Source of the DNA: Schmidtea polychroa
Lineage: Eukaryota
Assembly (NCBI GenBank): GCA_044892525.1
Contig: CM097885.1
Coordinates: 14,572,001-14,636,000, forward strand
Length of the DNA stretch: 64,000 nucleotides
Reading direction: 5' to 3'
Numbering within the stretch: the first letter of the stretch is position 1; the number at the start of each line of letters is the position of its first letter. A program made the translations under genes and the position numbers. Below are positions 40,696-54,172 of this stretch, in pieces. The notes under the pieces are model-generated. The model had not been told where the DNA came from and did not search any database. It saw nothing but the letters and a program-made list of their open reading frames with translations.

Positions 40696-40849
40696 TAAAA
40701 TGATAAATAAAAATGGTAAAGAAGAAATAATATTAATAATAATAATAATAAAAATAATAATAATTAAAATGTTAAATAATAATAATAATATAAATAATAG
40801 TAATAAAATTAATTATAATAGTAATAAAAATAATATTAATAAATAATAA

Positions 40850-40916
<67 letters not shown>

Positions 40917-41796
40917 TATATTAATTAATAATAAATAATAATTAATAATAAATAATAATAATTAGCTCTATCAGTGTGCTATATTCCAATTATTTACAGT
41001 TGCTAAATTAATCATTTTTAATTTATATTTGATTTTTATTAATTAGAAGCATGCATTTCATGTTAGTTGGAATTATTGAGAAATTTGCTTGCTTTTTAAG
41101 GATTTGTGAGCCATTTCTATTCTTTTTCGCCGGTGGGCAAGCCACAAAATATATTTGATACTAAAAATAATAATTACAAAATTATCACAATAAAAATAAT
41201 AACATAATAAAAACTCGGAATGATTAAAAATTGAAAAACAATAAATATAAAATTATAAAAATATTGATAGCAATAAATACAAATGGAAATAATAATAATA
41301 ATATGGTGAAAATGACCATCTCATCCATTCAGCTCCATAAACAATATGGGATTCGCCTATATTAATCATTTAGCTATTTCAGCAAATAAAATATAAAAAA
41401 ACGTAAAGGTAATAATTCAAAAATTTATAAACAATAAATCAAATTTATTAATGATTATAAAAAATATTTAAAAAATGAACTGTTCAATTTGTTTTGCTGA
41501 ATCAAAGCACGCACAGATACTCGCATACCAAAATTAGGATATATATCGATGCAATTCAGTCACCATTTAATCCAATCGAGCTGTTCTAAGTTATTCTGAA
41601 AACCAAGAGCCGAATAATTTTGATTTTTGAACTATTGTTTATGCAATTTTAATAGTGAGCCGATTTTGATTTTTTGTTATCATATTTGTTAAATTATGGT
41701 AAATAGATTTGTTAGAGGGGTTTCAGCTTTTTTATCTTTTTCTAAAACAAACCACTCTAACTCTAGGTAACCATGATTATTATGAGTTTTAAGCCC
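39754..41796 (+). repeat. Left arm of a ~2-kb diverged inverted duplication (partner 60931-63960)
   Basis: Reverse-complement matches from atttagaatacag (39754/63960) to catgattattatgagtttt (about 41790/60940). Confidence 0.88.
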
Positions 41797-42659
41797 ACAA
41801 CCAGCTTATTCCACAAGGGAATAAAAGACACAATAAAGTACAATTAAATCACTAGATGCAGATCTTGATGTAGAATAAATATTATCTCTCAACTTCCAAT
41901 TTTACGTTTTTTTATATATGATAATTTTCGATTTTGATATCTGGATTTTGCACCTTTATCACCGATTTTTTTTCTGAGGTCTTGGACGAGAAGACATCTA
42001 TCATATCGAATGAAGCTTTCTTTCAAATATATTTTGCATTGTCCATCAACAAATATTTGATAACATACAACAACAGATTAAACTAATGCATATCTGAATG
42101 CATAAATTTGAGAGTTCTTTCCAGCACTTCAACTCGGATTTTTATATCCAATTGTTTTACTCTTTCGTCGATACGAGTCAACAAAAATTCCTGGAGTTTA
42201 GCTTTCTAAGGAGTTGGTGCGACTACAATTATATCGTGTCAGCTAACTATCGTTGACAACAATGTTTATATCACTTTTTTGGGATATAACTCTACCTCGA
42301 TCATTACTACTATTATCATTAGCATTAATCTTAATTGGTTAAGATGAAATGATAAGATAATAAGATAGCCACATCCCACTAGAGGCAGATCATTGCGTTA
42401 AATAAATATTATCTCTTACCTTCCACTTTAACTTTTTTTTGACATCTGATATTTTTCGATTTTTGATATCCGGCTCTTGCAGCTTGATCACCGATTTTTC
42501 TATTGCTATCAGACTCCGATAACAGACACCGAAATTTCATCACCATCAAACAATTAAGTAGTAACTTCATTAATTTATTTTCTTTCATTTTCAGTATTTA
42601 AATAAATTTTTGTTTTAGGAATTTTACTATTGAAAATCCAAAATAATTTAGCTCCAGTC

Positions 42660-45600
42660 ATGTCGTTATCACTGAGATTTCATTTATTTACAATCTTCTA
42701 CCACCACGACCGCCTTTCCTTCTTGTCGAATCTTGAGGAACCTAGGTGACGTTAACGATTCTTCTAATCTTCACTCCAGCTCTTGCCATAACTCTCATGA
42801 CAGTTGCAGCAGCTTGAGATTGAGCTGGTGATCTCTGTAATCCTCAACCTACTCATATTTCGATGTGGACTGCGTGATTCCGAGTAATTATCATTTATCA
42901 GCCACGTCAAGAGCTGCGAGCATAGCTGCATATTGACTGAGTTCATCTCTGTCGGCTTTGACTTTCAAACAACCGGTAATTTTGACGAAAGTCTCAACTC
43001 ATAAAGATTTCATTTATTTACAATCTTCTATCTCCACGACCGCCTTTCCTTCTTGTCGAACCATGAGGAAATTGGGTGATGTTTACGAATCTTCCAATCT
43101 TCACTCCAGCTCTTGCTATGACTCTCATGGCAGTTGCAACCGCTTGAGATGGAGCTGTTGATCTCTTTAATTCTAAACCTACTCTGATTTCGATGTGGAC
43201 TGCGGTGATTCCGAGTAATAATCATTTATCAGCAACATCATAAGCTGCTAACATAGCTGCATATGGACTGCGTTCATCTCTGTCGGCTTTGACTTTCAAT
43301 ACATTTTTCTTTCATTTTCAGTATTTAAATCAAAAAAAAATAGTAAATGTTATCACTGACATTGCATTTATTTACAATCTTCTACCACCACGACCGCCAT
43401 TCCTTCTTGTAGAATCATGAGAAACTTGGGTTACATTTCGATTCTTCCAATCTTCACTCCAGCTCTTGCTATGACTCTCATGTCAGTTGCAACAGCTTGA
43501 GATGGAGCTGGTGATCTCGTGAATTCTCCACCTACTCTGATTTCGATGAAGACTGCGGTGATTCCGAGTAATTATCATTTATCAGCCATATCATGAGCTG
43601 CGAGCATAGCGGCATATTGATTGCTATCATCTCTCTCGGCTTTGACTTTCTAAGAACCAGTAAGTTTAAGCTCCTTTCACGTCGGTAACTTGAATGAAGT
43701 GTCATTGTTTCCAGCATAGATGTGAGAGATACTGAAATTATCTTTACCATCAACCAATTTAGGTCCCAAAGTGGTAACTTCATTTACTTCATTACTTTTA
43801 CATTTTTTTTTAAATTTTTTTTATTTTTTAATATTTTTATAGAAAATACTTTTTTCTTTCATTTTCAGTATTTATATCAAAACAAATGGTAAATGTTATC
43901 ACTGACATTTCTTGTATGTACAATCTTCTACCACCACGAAAGCCTTTCCTTCTTGTCGAAAAATGAAGAACTTGGGTGATGTTTACGAATCTTCCAATCT
44001 TCACTCCAACTCTTGCTATGACTCATAACAGCTTGAGAAGGAGCTGGTGATCTCTTTACTTCTTCACCTACTCTGATTTCGATGTGGACTGCGTTGATTC
44101 CGAGTAATTATCATTTATCAGCCACATAATGATCTGCGAGCATTGCGGCATATTGACTGCCTTCATCTCTCTCGGCTTTGACTTTCAAAGAACCAGTAAT
44201 TTTGACGAAAGTTTCAGATCCTGTCACGTCGGTTACTAAAAGGAAGGTGTCATTGTTTCCAGCATAGATGTGAGAGATACTGAAATTTTCTTTACCATCA
44301 ACCAATTTAGGTTCCAAAGTGGTAACTTCATTAATATCATTACTTTTAAATTTCTTTTTTTAAATTTTTTTTTATTTTTTTAATATTTATCTATTAAATA
44401 CTTTTTTCTTTCATTTTCAGTATTTAAATCAAAAAAAATAGTAAATGTTATCACTGACATTTCATGTAATTACAATCTTCTACCACCACGACCGCCATTC
44501 CTTCTTGTAGAATCATGAGAAACTTGGGTTACATTTCGATTCTTCCAATCTTCACTCCAGCTCTTGCCATGACTCTCATGGCAGTTGCAACATGAATATT
44601 ATGAATACATAATTATAATTTATCAGCCATATCATGAGCTGAGAGCATAGCGGCATATTGACTGCCTTCATTTCATCGACTTTGACTTTCAAAGAACCAG
44701 TAATTTTGACGAAATTTTAAGCTCCTGTAACGTCGGTAACTTGAATGAAGGTGTCATTGTTTCCAGAAATTCTGAAATTTTCTTTACCATCAACCAATTT
44801 AGGTCCCAAAGTGGTAACTTCATTAATTGCATTACTTTTACATTTTTTTTTAAATTTTTTTTATTTTTTTAATATTTTTATAAATATTAATACTTTTTTC
44901 TTTCATTTTCAGTATTTAAATCAAAACAAATGGTAAATGTTATCACTGACATTTCATGTATTTACAATCTTCTACCACCACGAAAGCCTTTCCTTCTTGT
45001 CGAATAATGAGGAACTTCGGTGATGTTTACGAATCTTCCAATCTTCACTCCAGCTCTTGCTATGACTCTTAACAGCTTGAGATGGAGCTGGTGATCTCTT
45101 TACTTCTTCAACTACTGTGATTTCGATGTGGACTGCGTTGATTCCGAGTAATTATCATTTATCAGCCACATAATGATCTGCGAGCATAGCGGCATATTGA
45201 CTTCCTTCATCTCTCTCGGCTTTGACTTTCAAAGAACCAGTAATTTTGACGAAAGTTTCAGATCCTGTCAACGTCGCCAACTAAAAGGAACGTGTCATTG
45301 TTTCCAGCATAGATGTGATAACTTCATTAATTTCATTACTTTTACATTTTTTTTAAAATTGTTTTATTTTTTTAAAATTTTTTTTATTTTTTTTAATATT
45401 TTTATAAAAAATACTTTTTTCTTTCATTTTCAGTATTTAAATCAAAACAAATGCTAAATGTTATCACTGACATTTCATGTATTTACAATCTTCTACCACC
45501 ACGACCGCCTTTTTTTCTTGTAGAATCATGAGAAACTCGGGTTACATTTCGATTCTTCTAATCTTCACTCCAGCTCTTGCCATGACTCTCATGGCAGTTG

Positions 45601-46740
45601 CAACATGAATATTATGAATACATAATTATAATTTATCAGCCACATCATGAGCTGCGAGCATAGCGGCATATTGACTGCCTTCATCTCATCGACTTTGACT
45701 TTCAAAGAACCAGTAATTTTGACGAAAGTTTAAGCTCCTGTAACGTCGGTAACTTGAATGAAGGTGTCATTGTTTCCAGCATAGATGTGAGAGATACTGA
45801 AATTTTCTTTACCATCAACCAATTTAGGTCCCAAAGTGGTAACTTCATTAATTTCATTAATTTTAAATTTCTTTTTTTAAATTTTTTTTATTTTTTTAAT
45901 ATTTTTCTTTCATTTTCAGTATTTAAATCAAACAAAATAGTAAATGTTATCACTGACATTTCATGTTTTTACAATCTTCTACCACCACGAAAGCCTTTCC
46001 TTCTTGTCGAATAATGAGGAACTTCGGTGATGTTTACGGATCTTCCAATCTTCACTCCAGCTCTTGCTATGACTCATAACAGCTTGAGATGGAGCTGGTG
46101 ATCTCTTTACTTCTTCACCTACTCTGATTTCGATGTGGACTGCGTTGATACCGAGTAATTATCATTTATCAGCCACATCATGAGCTGCGAGCATAGCGGC
46201 ATATTGACTGCAATCATCCCTGTCGGCTTTGACTTTCAAAGAACCAGTAATTTTGACGAAAGTTTCAGCTCGTCTGTGGCTGCTGATATCCTGATTATCA
46301 ACCTAATGTCTTTCTTCTTTGATATTTCTGATTTATATTCAAAATATTTAAACAATTTTTATCTATTTTGCTGTTTAAAATTTCAAATTTCATATTCTAA
46401 AATTACTTTTTTTAATAAATTAATTTCTCTACTTTTAAAATTTTTAATATTTCATTTCTATCTTTTATAAATAAAACCTTTTTTTCATTTTTAATATTTA
46501 AATCAAACTTTTTTTTTAAAAATCCAAAATTATATTAAATGTTATCACGGAGATTACATGGATATACAATCTTCGATTACGACGACGAACTTTCCTTCTT
46601 GTGGAATCATGAGGAAAGGTTTCGATTTTTCCTATCTTCATTCCACCTCTCTCCATGTGTCTCAAGGCAGTTGTTGTAGCTTGAGATGGAGCTGGTGATC
46701 TCCTTAATCCTCCATCAACTCTGATTTCAATGTGGTCTAC
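42660..46740 (-). pseudogene. RPS14: Tandem array of nine decayed 40S ribosomal protein S14 (uS11) pseudogene copies
   Basis: Minus-strand peptides [33 protein letters not shown] and STRRKGGRGGRRL*. 3' ends lie at about 42690, 43020, 43374, 43920, 44472, 44963, 45485, 45971 and 46566. Confidence 0.92.
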
Positions 46741-47575
46741 GATATTTGTTTGTTACTGGTTGATGATACTAAGATGTTGGTATCTTGTACTTGGTAGTTG
46801 GTATCTGATTCTTGTTAGATAGTTGTTGGTTGATATTTGTTAATTTCTCGATGGGATTTGCTGTTGGTTGTTAGTATATGTTAGCTAGTTAATGGGTATC
46901 TGAGGGTTGAGTGTAGCCAATACCTTTATGGTCAGTAATCATAGACGGTCGAAACATCCTGTCGGATAAACTCAAACTATATATAATAAAACAAATCAAT
47001 AATAACTATTTATTGAATGTAATTTTAAATTTTAAATTATTTTCAATTCAACGTGGTGTTTTAAAGTGGTTGTAAATTATTAATTATTGATTGTAATTAA
47101 AAATATTTTAAATTCTAACAGAAATAAATATTAATTTATTTGAAAAGCATTTGATAAAATACAATGAAGAATTCTTAGTTGGTTGTTAGTAATTGGTACC
47201 TAGTTGTAAGTATTTGGTACTTATATGTTAGTACCAGGTTAAAAATATTTAGTAGCCAGTAATTGGTAACATGTTGTTAATAGTATCTAGATAGTACCTA
47301 GTTGTTAGGTATCTAGTGGTTAGCTGTTTGTTAGAAGTACATAGTTGTAAGTATCTGGTTGACATTTTAGATTTTGACAAGAATATAAGAAATATTTTAC
47401 TTTCCAAATTATTAAGAGCTTATTATTATGAAATACGTGATTAAAAATTTTATTAAGTCTTTAATTGATATAATTTTATGTTTAGATATGTGGTTGTTAG
47501 TACAAGGTTGTTTTAACTTGGTTGTTTTTAGTACATGGTACTTGGTTGCTGGTTATAAATACTTGGTATCTAGTT
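46740..47575. repeat. Degenerate GT-rich tandem repeat (gttgttagtacctagt-like)
   Basis: Recurrent ttgttag / ggtatct motifs in blocks at 46745-46910, 47175-47360 and 47485-47575. Confidence 0.55.
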
Positions 47576-49470
47576 GAAATGCTGCTTAAAATTCAAACGT
47601 TCCAAATGTGGCTATTACCAACTGCATCAAAATCAAATGGTTAAAAATATTTCTCTATACGAGGAAAATCTGCCTATCATCAATGAAGATAACCTATATA
47701 CATATCTTGGAGTTGATATAGGTATGAAAACTAGTTATGACATTGATAAAAAGCTAAATGAAGCCCTATTGCAGGGAAATTCAACTGGCGGCCCGCGGGC
47801 CAGATCAGGCCCGCCGAAATTTGAAAAAGGCCCTTTCAATATCTTGGAATATTACACATATATAAAAATATTTGGTGATATCTGCATAAAAACGCACAGG
47901 TACTTTTTTTTATGTATAATATTTGACCTTAAGACTTTGTAATCCGCTACAAAACTAATTACTTTTTAATTGATACGGCCCTCGATTGCCGTTATAAGAA
48001 AAATTTGGCCCTTCATAATATTTAGTTGAATACCCATGCCCTATTGGATACCAAGGATATTATGGAAAGTCATTTGCATCCATCACAAAAGCTATATGCT
48101 TACAAAATTTTCATCCACTCACGGTTAATCTTTTGTTTTAGAAACTGTGTCCTAAACCATATGATACTGAACACCGATAGCAACAGATCTGTGCAAATGA
48201 GGGAGAAACAACTGGGTTTAAGATCAGAAGATAAAACGAATGATTAAAGATATGATAAAAGATAAATTCCAGAATATGAACAACAATTATATTTACGCAA
48301 ACTGCAAATATGGTGGACTAGGATTGACACAGGCTATGGATGAATACCTGATCCAAAGTGTCGTGCACTTTTTGCGAATGTTTAACTCAAATGATACCAA
48401 CTTCAAGAACATGATAATAAATGAGTTAATATGCTCTAGAGGATATGGATCAAGCATAGATACTGCAATAAAGTGGATGAATGGAGAAAATACAGTGGTT
48501 GGTATGAAGGAGTCTATTTTTGTAAAATTCCGAAAATCAGTTAAAAGATTAAAAGAAAAATTCAGTATTCTGGTAAGTTTGAAAATCATCGACAATGAAT
48601 TCGTCCTAGAAATCAAACACAATGAAAGACTACGAATAATGAACAAAGAAAATATGGAAGAAACATGTTCAGAACTACATGATCTTATAAGTATGATATA
48701 TGCTGAAAGATGGCAAACTATGGTCTGTCAAGGACATATAGCAAAGCATATTGGAGAAAGCGAATTTGCCTCAATTTTCATTCAATCGGACTGCCTAACA
48801 GATCAGCAATACTACTTTCTAGTAAAAGCCAGGAACAATATGCTGAACCTAAAATATAATCCGTTTCGATTAAAAGAAAATCTCGATATCATGTGCAGAC
48901 ACTGCAAATATTTCCCGAAACGCAGGCACACGTATTCAATCATTGTACAGAAAAAATAAATGCTAGAAGATCAAAACACTCAAATGTCCTGAAAATAGTT
49001 GGTGATTATTTAGTGTCCATAGGTATAGAAGTTGATATCGAAACATCACCTATTGGGATTGAAACAACACTTAAACCGGATCTGCTAATAAAACCACAAA
49101 GAAAGAATCTCTTCCATATCATTGATCTAAAAGTACCCTATGAAAACAATGACAATTTTGATAACGCCAGAAAGAAAGATTTTGAGAAATATCAAGATAT
49201 TGCATCACATATTGGCAAATTGAATGGATGCTTAACACTGGTTTCTGCATTGGTAATAGGAACTCTTGGTTCATGGGATAGACAGAATGATATCATATTG
49301 ACAAAAATTGGCTTAACAAAACAGGAAACTAGACAACTAGCAAAATTATCAACAAAAGCAGCAGTAATATCGAGCTATCACATTTTCCGTGATCACACAA
49401 ATGACTAATATTATGTTTTTACGATTTTAAGTCTTATGGCTTAAGATGTTTTATGAAGAAAATTAAAATG
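47575..49470 (+). mobile_element. 5'-truncated non-LTR retrotransposon of an RLE clade (R2/NeSL/CRE-like), frameshifted
   Basis: RT end (YTYLGV), thumb GGLGL, CCHC knuckle (CRHC...ETQAHVFNHC) and PD-(D/E)xK endonuclease (KPDLL...IIDLKVPYE) across ORFs 47574-49408. Confidence 0.9.
47772..48038. mobile_element. hAT-type MITE (267 bp) nested in the non-LTR element
   Basis: Imperfect TIR CAGGGAAATTCAACT/AGTTGAATACCCATG with 8-bp TSD CCCTATTG (47764-47771, 48039-48046). Confidence 0.88.
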
Positions 49471-49502
49471 TATAAAAGAAGAAAAATGAGCATCAGCTCT
49501 TT

Positions 49503-50954
49503 TTATTTGTTGTAATTCCTACTGAATAGGAATTTTTTATTAAAATAAACTTTAATTTTTTTTTTAATCCTTTGATCTGTAATATTCAACGCTATTATCA
49601 AAATCTTCGCACTATTGTCTGCCACCCCATAATCATATCCTAGTTTTCGGATTGCTTCTTTTAACTTCGCAAGATAACTTGTCGGTTTATTTGTATACGG
49701 TACGATGCATTCAAACAACCCTTCTTTCATATCTCGATCCATTTCAATGCTTATTATGAAGTCTATATTCGCATTAATTTTATCTTTATTCCCTGCATAC
49801 AGAGTGTCTTGTAAATCTGCTAGAATTTTTTCCCAGTTCTGTCTACCTGAATTCAAAGTATTAATTGCATTAACGACATTTACTTTATTTTTCCAGCCTG
49901 GTATCAGACCGCAATCTACCAAGTACTCCTCGTCTTCAAACGTTAAACAATAATTTAATTTACTTTTTAAATTCTTTAAACCTTCCAACAATAACATTTG
50001 ATCTCTCGTCAACACTATTCTCCAATAATTTTTTAACTGCTTTCAATAATTCTCCGCCGACTTTCTATCACGTCGGGCTCACCAGAATATATGTTGGGTT
50101 TTAGTTAATTTAAGTCGGTAATCGCTGACTCCTCGTGTCCTTTTAATCAAACAATGAACTACCCAACGTATATTTGTATCACAAAAATATATTCTTTTCT
50201 CACCAATAAACAATCAATAATCAAAGTTAAGTTTGACTGATTCTCAGTCGGTATTGATGCTTTGCCAAAAGATAATATTAACCTTTTATTTCCTTCTTCT
50301 CTTTGATTTGATCCTTTTTCACCTTTTCGTCTTCCTATTCTATATCTTCTTTTTCCCTAATCTCGTTAATTCGTTTTTACCTCTCGACTATTCTCGATTC
50401 TTCTTACCCTACCTGAGGCAAAATGCCGATTTGCTCTGATTTTCCCCTTCCTTATATACTCCTCGAAATCGGGATGACAAATGGTTATTGCCGAGCCAAT
50501 CTTTCACTTGACATTTGCTTCCACGTATCTGCTTCGGCTGTCACCCGTAATGGTCCAACGAACAAAGATAATTAATGGCCCGTCCCGCCTTTCTACACAC
50601 ACTATCTTCTCCTTGCTCTTTTCCAATTAATCATTATGCCAAGCTAATGGGCCCAAATCTTCCTTCTGTTTACTTTTCTTCTTGTTTACCCAGCTCGGGT
50701 TTCCTTCATTTCTCGGGTTCTCCATTGGCTCGGATTTCCCATTAGCTCGGGTTTTCTATTAGCCAATTAATTAATTAATTAACGTTTTCTGATTTTACAC
50801 ATTTGAATGCTTTTCGACCCTTCCTAACCATTTTCTGATAAATCCCTAATCATCATCTTGTTGACCATTAGCTAATCTATACCTGTCCCGTTTTCCCAAT
50901 TCGATTTCGATGATTTTACAATTTATTGATTTTTCTCGGATTTCCGGATTCTTG
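49503..50954 (-). mobile_element. LTR retrotransposon 5' remnant: LTR part (50092-50954), tRNA-Trp PBS and gag-like ORF 49503-50015
   Basis: On the minus strand ...CCCAACA (LTR end, 50092) is followed 7 nt later by TGGTGAGCCCGACGTGAT and then a 170-codon ORF. Gag identity is inferred from position only. Confidence 0.75.
50067..50084 (-). promoter_or_regulatory. Primer-binding site complementary to the tRNA-Trp 3' end
   Basis: TGGTGAGCCCGACGTGAT differs at one position from the canonical tRNA-Trp PBS TGGTGACCCCGACGTGAT. Confidence 0.8.
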
Positions 50955-51730
50955 AATAGATTGGGCACCGCAAGCACACCCACCCCCTCCCCGGGTAGAA
51001 AAATTTTTTAAAAATTTTTTCAAGGTCAAATTTTAAACAAAGACATATGACTCTTCAAGGTCATTGAAACAAAGACCATGACTCACCCGATGAATCATCA
51101 AGGACAATTTTTCAAGGTCATTTCAAGGTCATATGAGTCATCCTACGACTCATCAAGGTCATTCCCAAAGTCATATGACTCATCGCGATGACTTCTCAAG
51201 GTCATATTATTATTTTTAAAAAATATTATTATTTTATTATTATTAATTTAAAAAAATATTATTAATTTATTATTATTTTTCAAAAATATTATTAAGTGTG
51301 CTAGCGGTGCCCAACTATTTGGCATGCCAAAATTTGTCGTTCCCATCGTTTTATTTCATCGATCGATGGCTTATTTTGAAGCTTAGTGCAAGACCTTTCG
51401 AATGAGCTATCATTATCTTTAATATTGGCAAAGTTATTAACATTTTCCCAAGTCCATTTTCAAGGTCATTTGACAATTTTATTATTATTTTTAAAAATAT
51501 TATTTTTTTCAAGGTCAAATTTTTTTTCAAGGTTGATTACAAATTCTAAATAATTAATAATTCGGTAATTAATTAATCATGTTAACCTTTTTCTGCAGTC
51601 ATTTTCATCACTTTAAAACTATATTTTAAGTTTGTTTATAGATTTTCTTTATTAAATTTGTATGGCATTTGCATTAATATTGCAATTTCTTTGTTAATAA
51701 AGAGAAAAACAAATATGACTAATACATTTA

Positions 51731-52152
51731 TTAAATATAACAATAAAATACTTGTGAAAGTCTAGCAGACATAATTTTCCAAATAGGAGAATATACATCA
51801 TTATTATCAACTTTATATCCCTGGATTGCAATTGTTATATACCAATTTTCATTTTCTTTGAAACTGATTTTATCAAAAGCATTATAAAATCTTGCATATC
51901 TGTTGTTGAACCATGCATGTTGATTACATGTTAGATTTGAATCTATCCGTTTAAGAACATCATCAATAGTTTTAACATCTATCATTGAAAGCGTGCCGGA
52001 TAAGAATTGAAATTGAGTTGGAATTAGCTTGACTGGTGCAACTAATTTCATATTAATTTCTTCTTTCAAAAAATACATTTGTAGTTATGGAACATTTGAA
52101 CCGGTTGTACCATTTCTTTAGGTTTTTCGATGAATAAAATTTTCTTGGTCAT
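51731..52152 (-). pseudogene. Hypothetical element protein (about 140 aa, one frameshift near 52070)
   Basis: ATG at 52152 (MTKKILFIEKPKEMVQPVQMFHNYKCIF) overlaps ORF 51731-52078 in another frame at a T run. Protein-like composition; function unknown. Confidence 0.5.
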
Positions 52153-52504
52153 CGTGAATAATGATTAAAATGAAATGTTACAGGGTTTTTATATCTTTGA
52201 CTCAGGCCTATCAACCAATTGTCTTTGTTCAAATTGCATGTCATTTGCATTAATGTTGCATTAATGTTCATATTATTATTACTATTTCTATTATTATTAA
52301 TGTTCACATATTATTACTGTTCTCATATTATTAATGTTTTATTATTATTAATGTGTCATATTATTTATTATTATTCTCAAATTATTATTATTATTATTAC
52401 TATTCTCAAATTATTGTTATTACTATTTATATTATTATTACTATTATTTGAAATATGTATAAAAGAAAAAACAATAAAAACACAATAAAAACATTTATTA
52501 CCAT

Positions 52505-52917
52505 TCAACATCCAAGATCTACAACTCGGGAGAAGTGAAACCCTCTAAGAGTTTTTACAAACTCCCACTCCACATATCGCCGATAACGATTGGCACAGCA
52601 AGAGCATCCGATGATGCATTGATATTCCGGCTCCATATGTTTCATCGTCCTATTGATCTTGAGATCTTACAGGAATTGGTGAAAAACTTCAACTATCCGG
52701 ATTTGCGTAGCATAAAATATGAGATCTGGAATAATCTCTGGTTCTCGGTCATTGATAATTTCAAATAATTGTGGATAATAATATTTGAGTCTGTTTAACA
52801 TGACTTCTGAATATTTATCTGAAAATAAAGACTATAAAAATGTAAATAATAAATTAAAAATTTACCATAATCATCGATATCTTTCATCAAATGAGCTGCG
52901 CTAGGAATTTTGTACAT
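52505..52917 (-). pseudogene. Cys-cluster (CxxGCSCC) hypothetical protein, paralogue 1, with predicted intron 52819-52865 and internal TAA
   Basis: Manual translation MYKIPSAAHLMKDIDDY|DKYSEVMLNRLKYYYPQLFEIINDREPEIIPDL...FL*DLKI...CIIGCSCCANRYRRYVEWEFVKTLR aligns with paralogue 2. Confidence 0.7.
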
Positions 52918-52986
52918 AGGAAAAATGATTTCTAAACAAAAAACAGTTTGTTTAAATCAATCAATAACCAATTAGAAATTATCCAA

Positions 52987-53424
52987 TTAGAAATCGACCA
53001 ATGAAATTATCTCATATCGAACATTGTCAACAAATTCTCTATACTCCAAATTTCTCAACCCCAGCATGAAAACCTTTCCACTAGCAAACACGTTGACACA
53101 TATAGGGTTATATTTTAATAGTCTTAGTGCCGGAAACAATTCCGGTTCAAACATACAATCACATTTTTTCGATATGTTATATAGATTGATACTATGCCCC
53201 ATATCCATAGTAACGGTAATTGATTGGATTTTAATATTATTTATTCGATATTGTAATTTATTAATATCCAAGGGTTTCTTACATCCCATGATTCTACATT
53301 TACCAGTCTTGAAAATTATTATCGGGTATTTCCCGCTTCAATCGATAATTTGTTGGGGTTTTCCTGGTGGGAACCTCATATTCGATACATCAAAATTTCC
53401 TCGATAATTTATATTTGCTAACAT
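52987..53424 (-). pseudogene. Minimal TATA-binding-protein-like gene with one in-frame TGA (53338-53340)
   Basis: Two TBP-like half repeats: IIIFKTGKCRIMGCK, and IKIQSIT...INLYNI...FEPELFPAL...VNVFASGKVFMLG (compare TBP YEPELFPGL, IFxSGKVVxTG). Confidence 0.82.
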
Positions 53425-53527
53425 TATTAAATCATTTATGAAAATTAGTCTTTATATACAAATTGAGCACGAGTTCATTAAATCATCGAATATAAACAAA
53501 TACACATATATTTATAAAATTTTTGAA

Positions 53528-54154
53528 ATGGAATTAAGAAATGATGCAGTATACCAAATCGTTGGTCCGAGTGGTAGTGGAAAAACATTATTTGTTTGCA
53601 AATTACTAAAATCAAATTTATTCAAAACAAAATTCAACAGGATTTATTGACATAGGGGTGCTGATGAAGAACATGGATTAACTCAATCAAGTTTCTGTAA
53701 ATTAAAAAACGTGAAAATAGTAAAGGGATTCGATAAAATTTTGTCCAGCCGATTAAAGAAAGGTGATGTCATTATTTTCGATGATTTGTATCAAGAAGCT
53801 AATAAAGAAAAAGATTTTAATAATTTATTTACAAAGATCAGCAGACATGTCGGTGTAACAGTTATTTTCATAACACAAAATCTATTTCATCAAGGTGGTG
53901 CACATCGAACACGTAATTTAAATGTACAATATTTAGTTATTTTCAAGAATCCTAGAGATGCAACAGTGATTGATTTTCTTGCACGTCAAGCGTACCCTAA
54001 CAATCGTAGTTTTCTTATCAGTGCATTTCAAGATGCTACAAAAATACCTCATGGGTATATATTTCTTGATTTCACACAACAATGTCCCGATGATTTACGA
54101 GTAAAAACAGATATTTTCAACCCAAAAGGTGCCATGGTTTATAAACAAAGTTGA
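53528..54154 (+). pseudogene. A32/FtsK-like DNA packaging ATPase with one nonsense codon (53648-53650)
   Basis: Walker A GPSGSGKT, Walker B IIFDDL, SRH, FITQNLF and FKNPRD. Both ORF halves are in the same frame. Confidence 0.92.
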
Positions 54155-54172
54155 AAACCTCTATGAATAATT

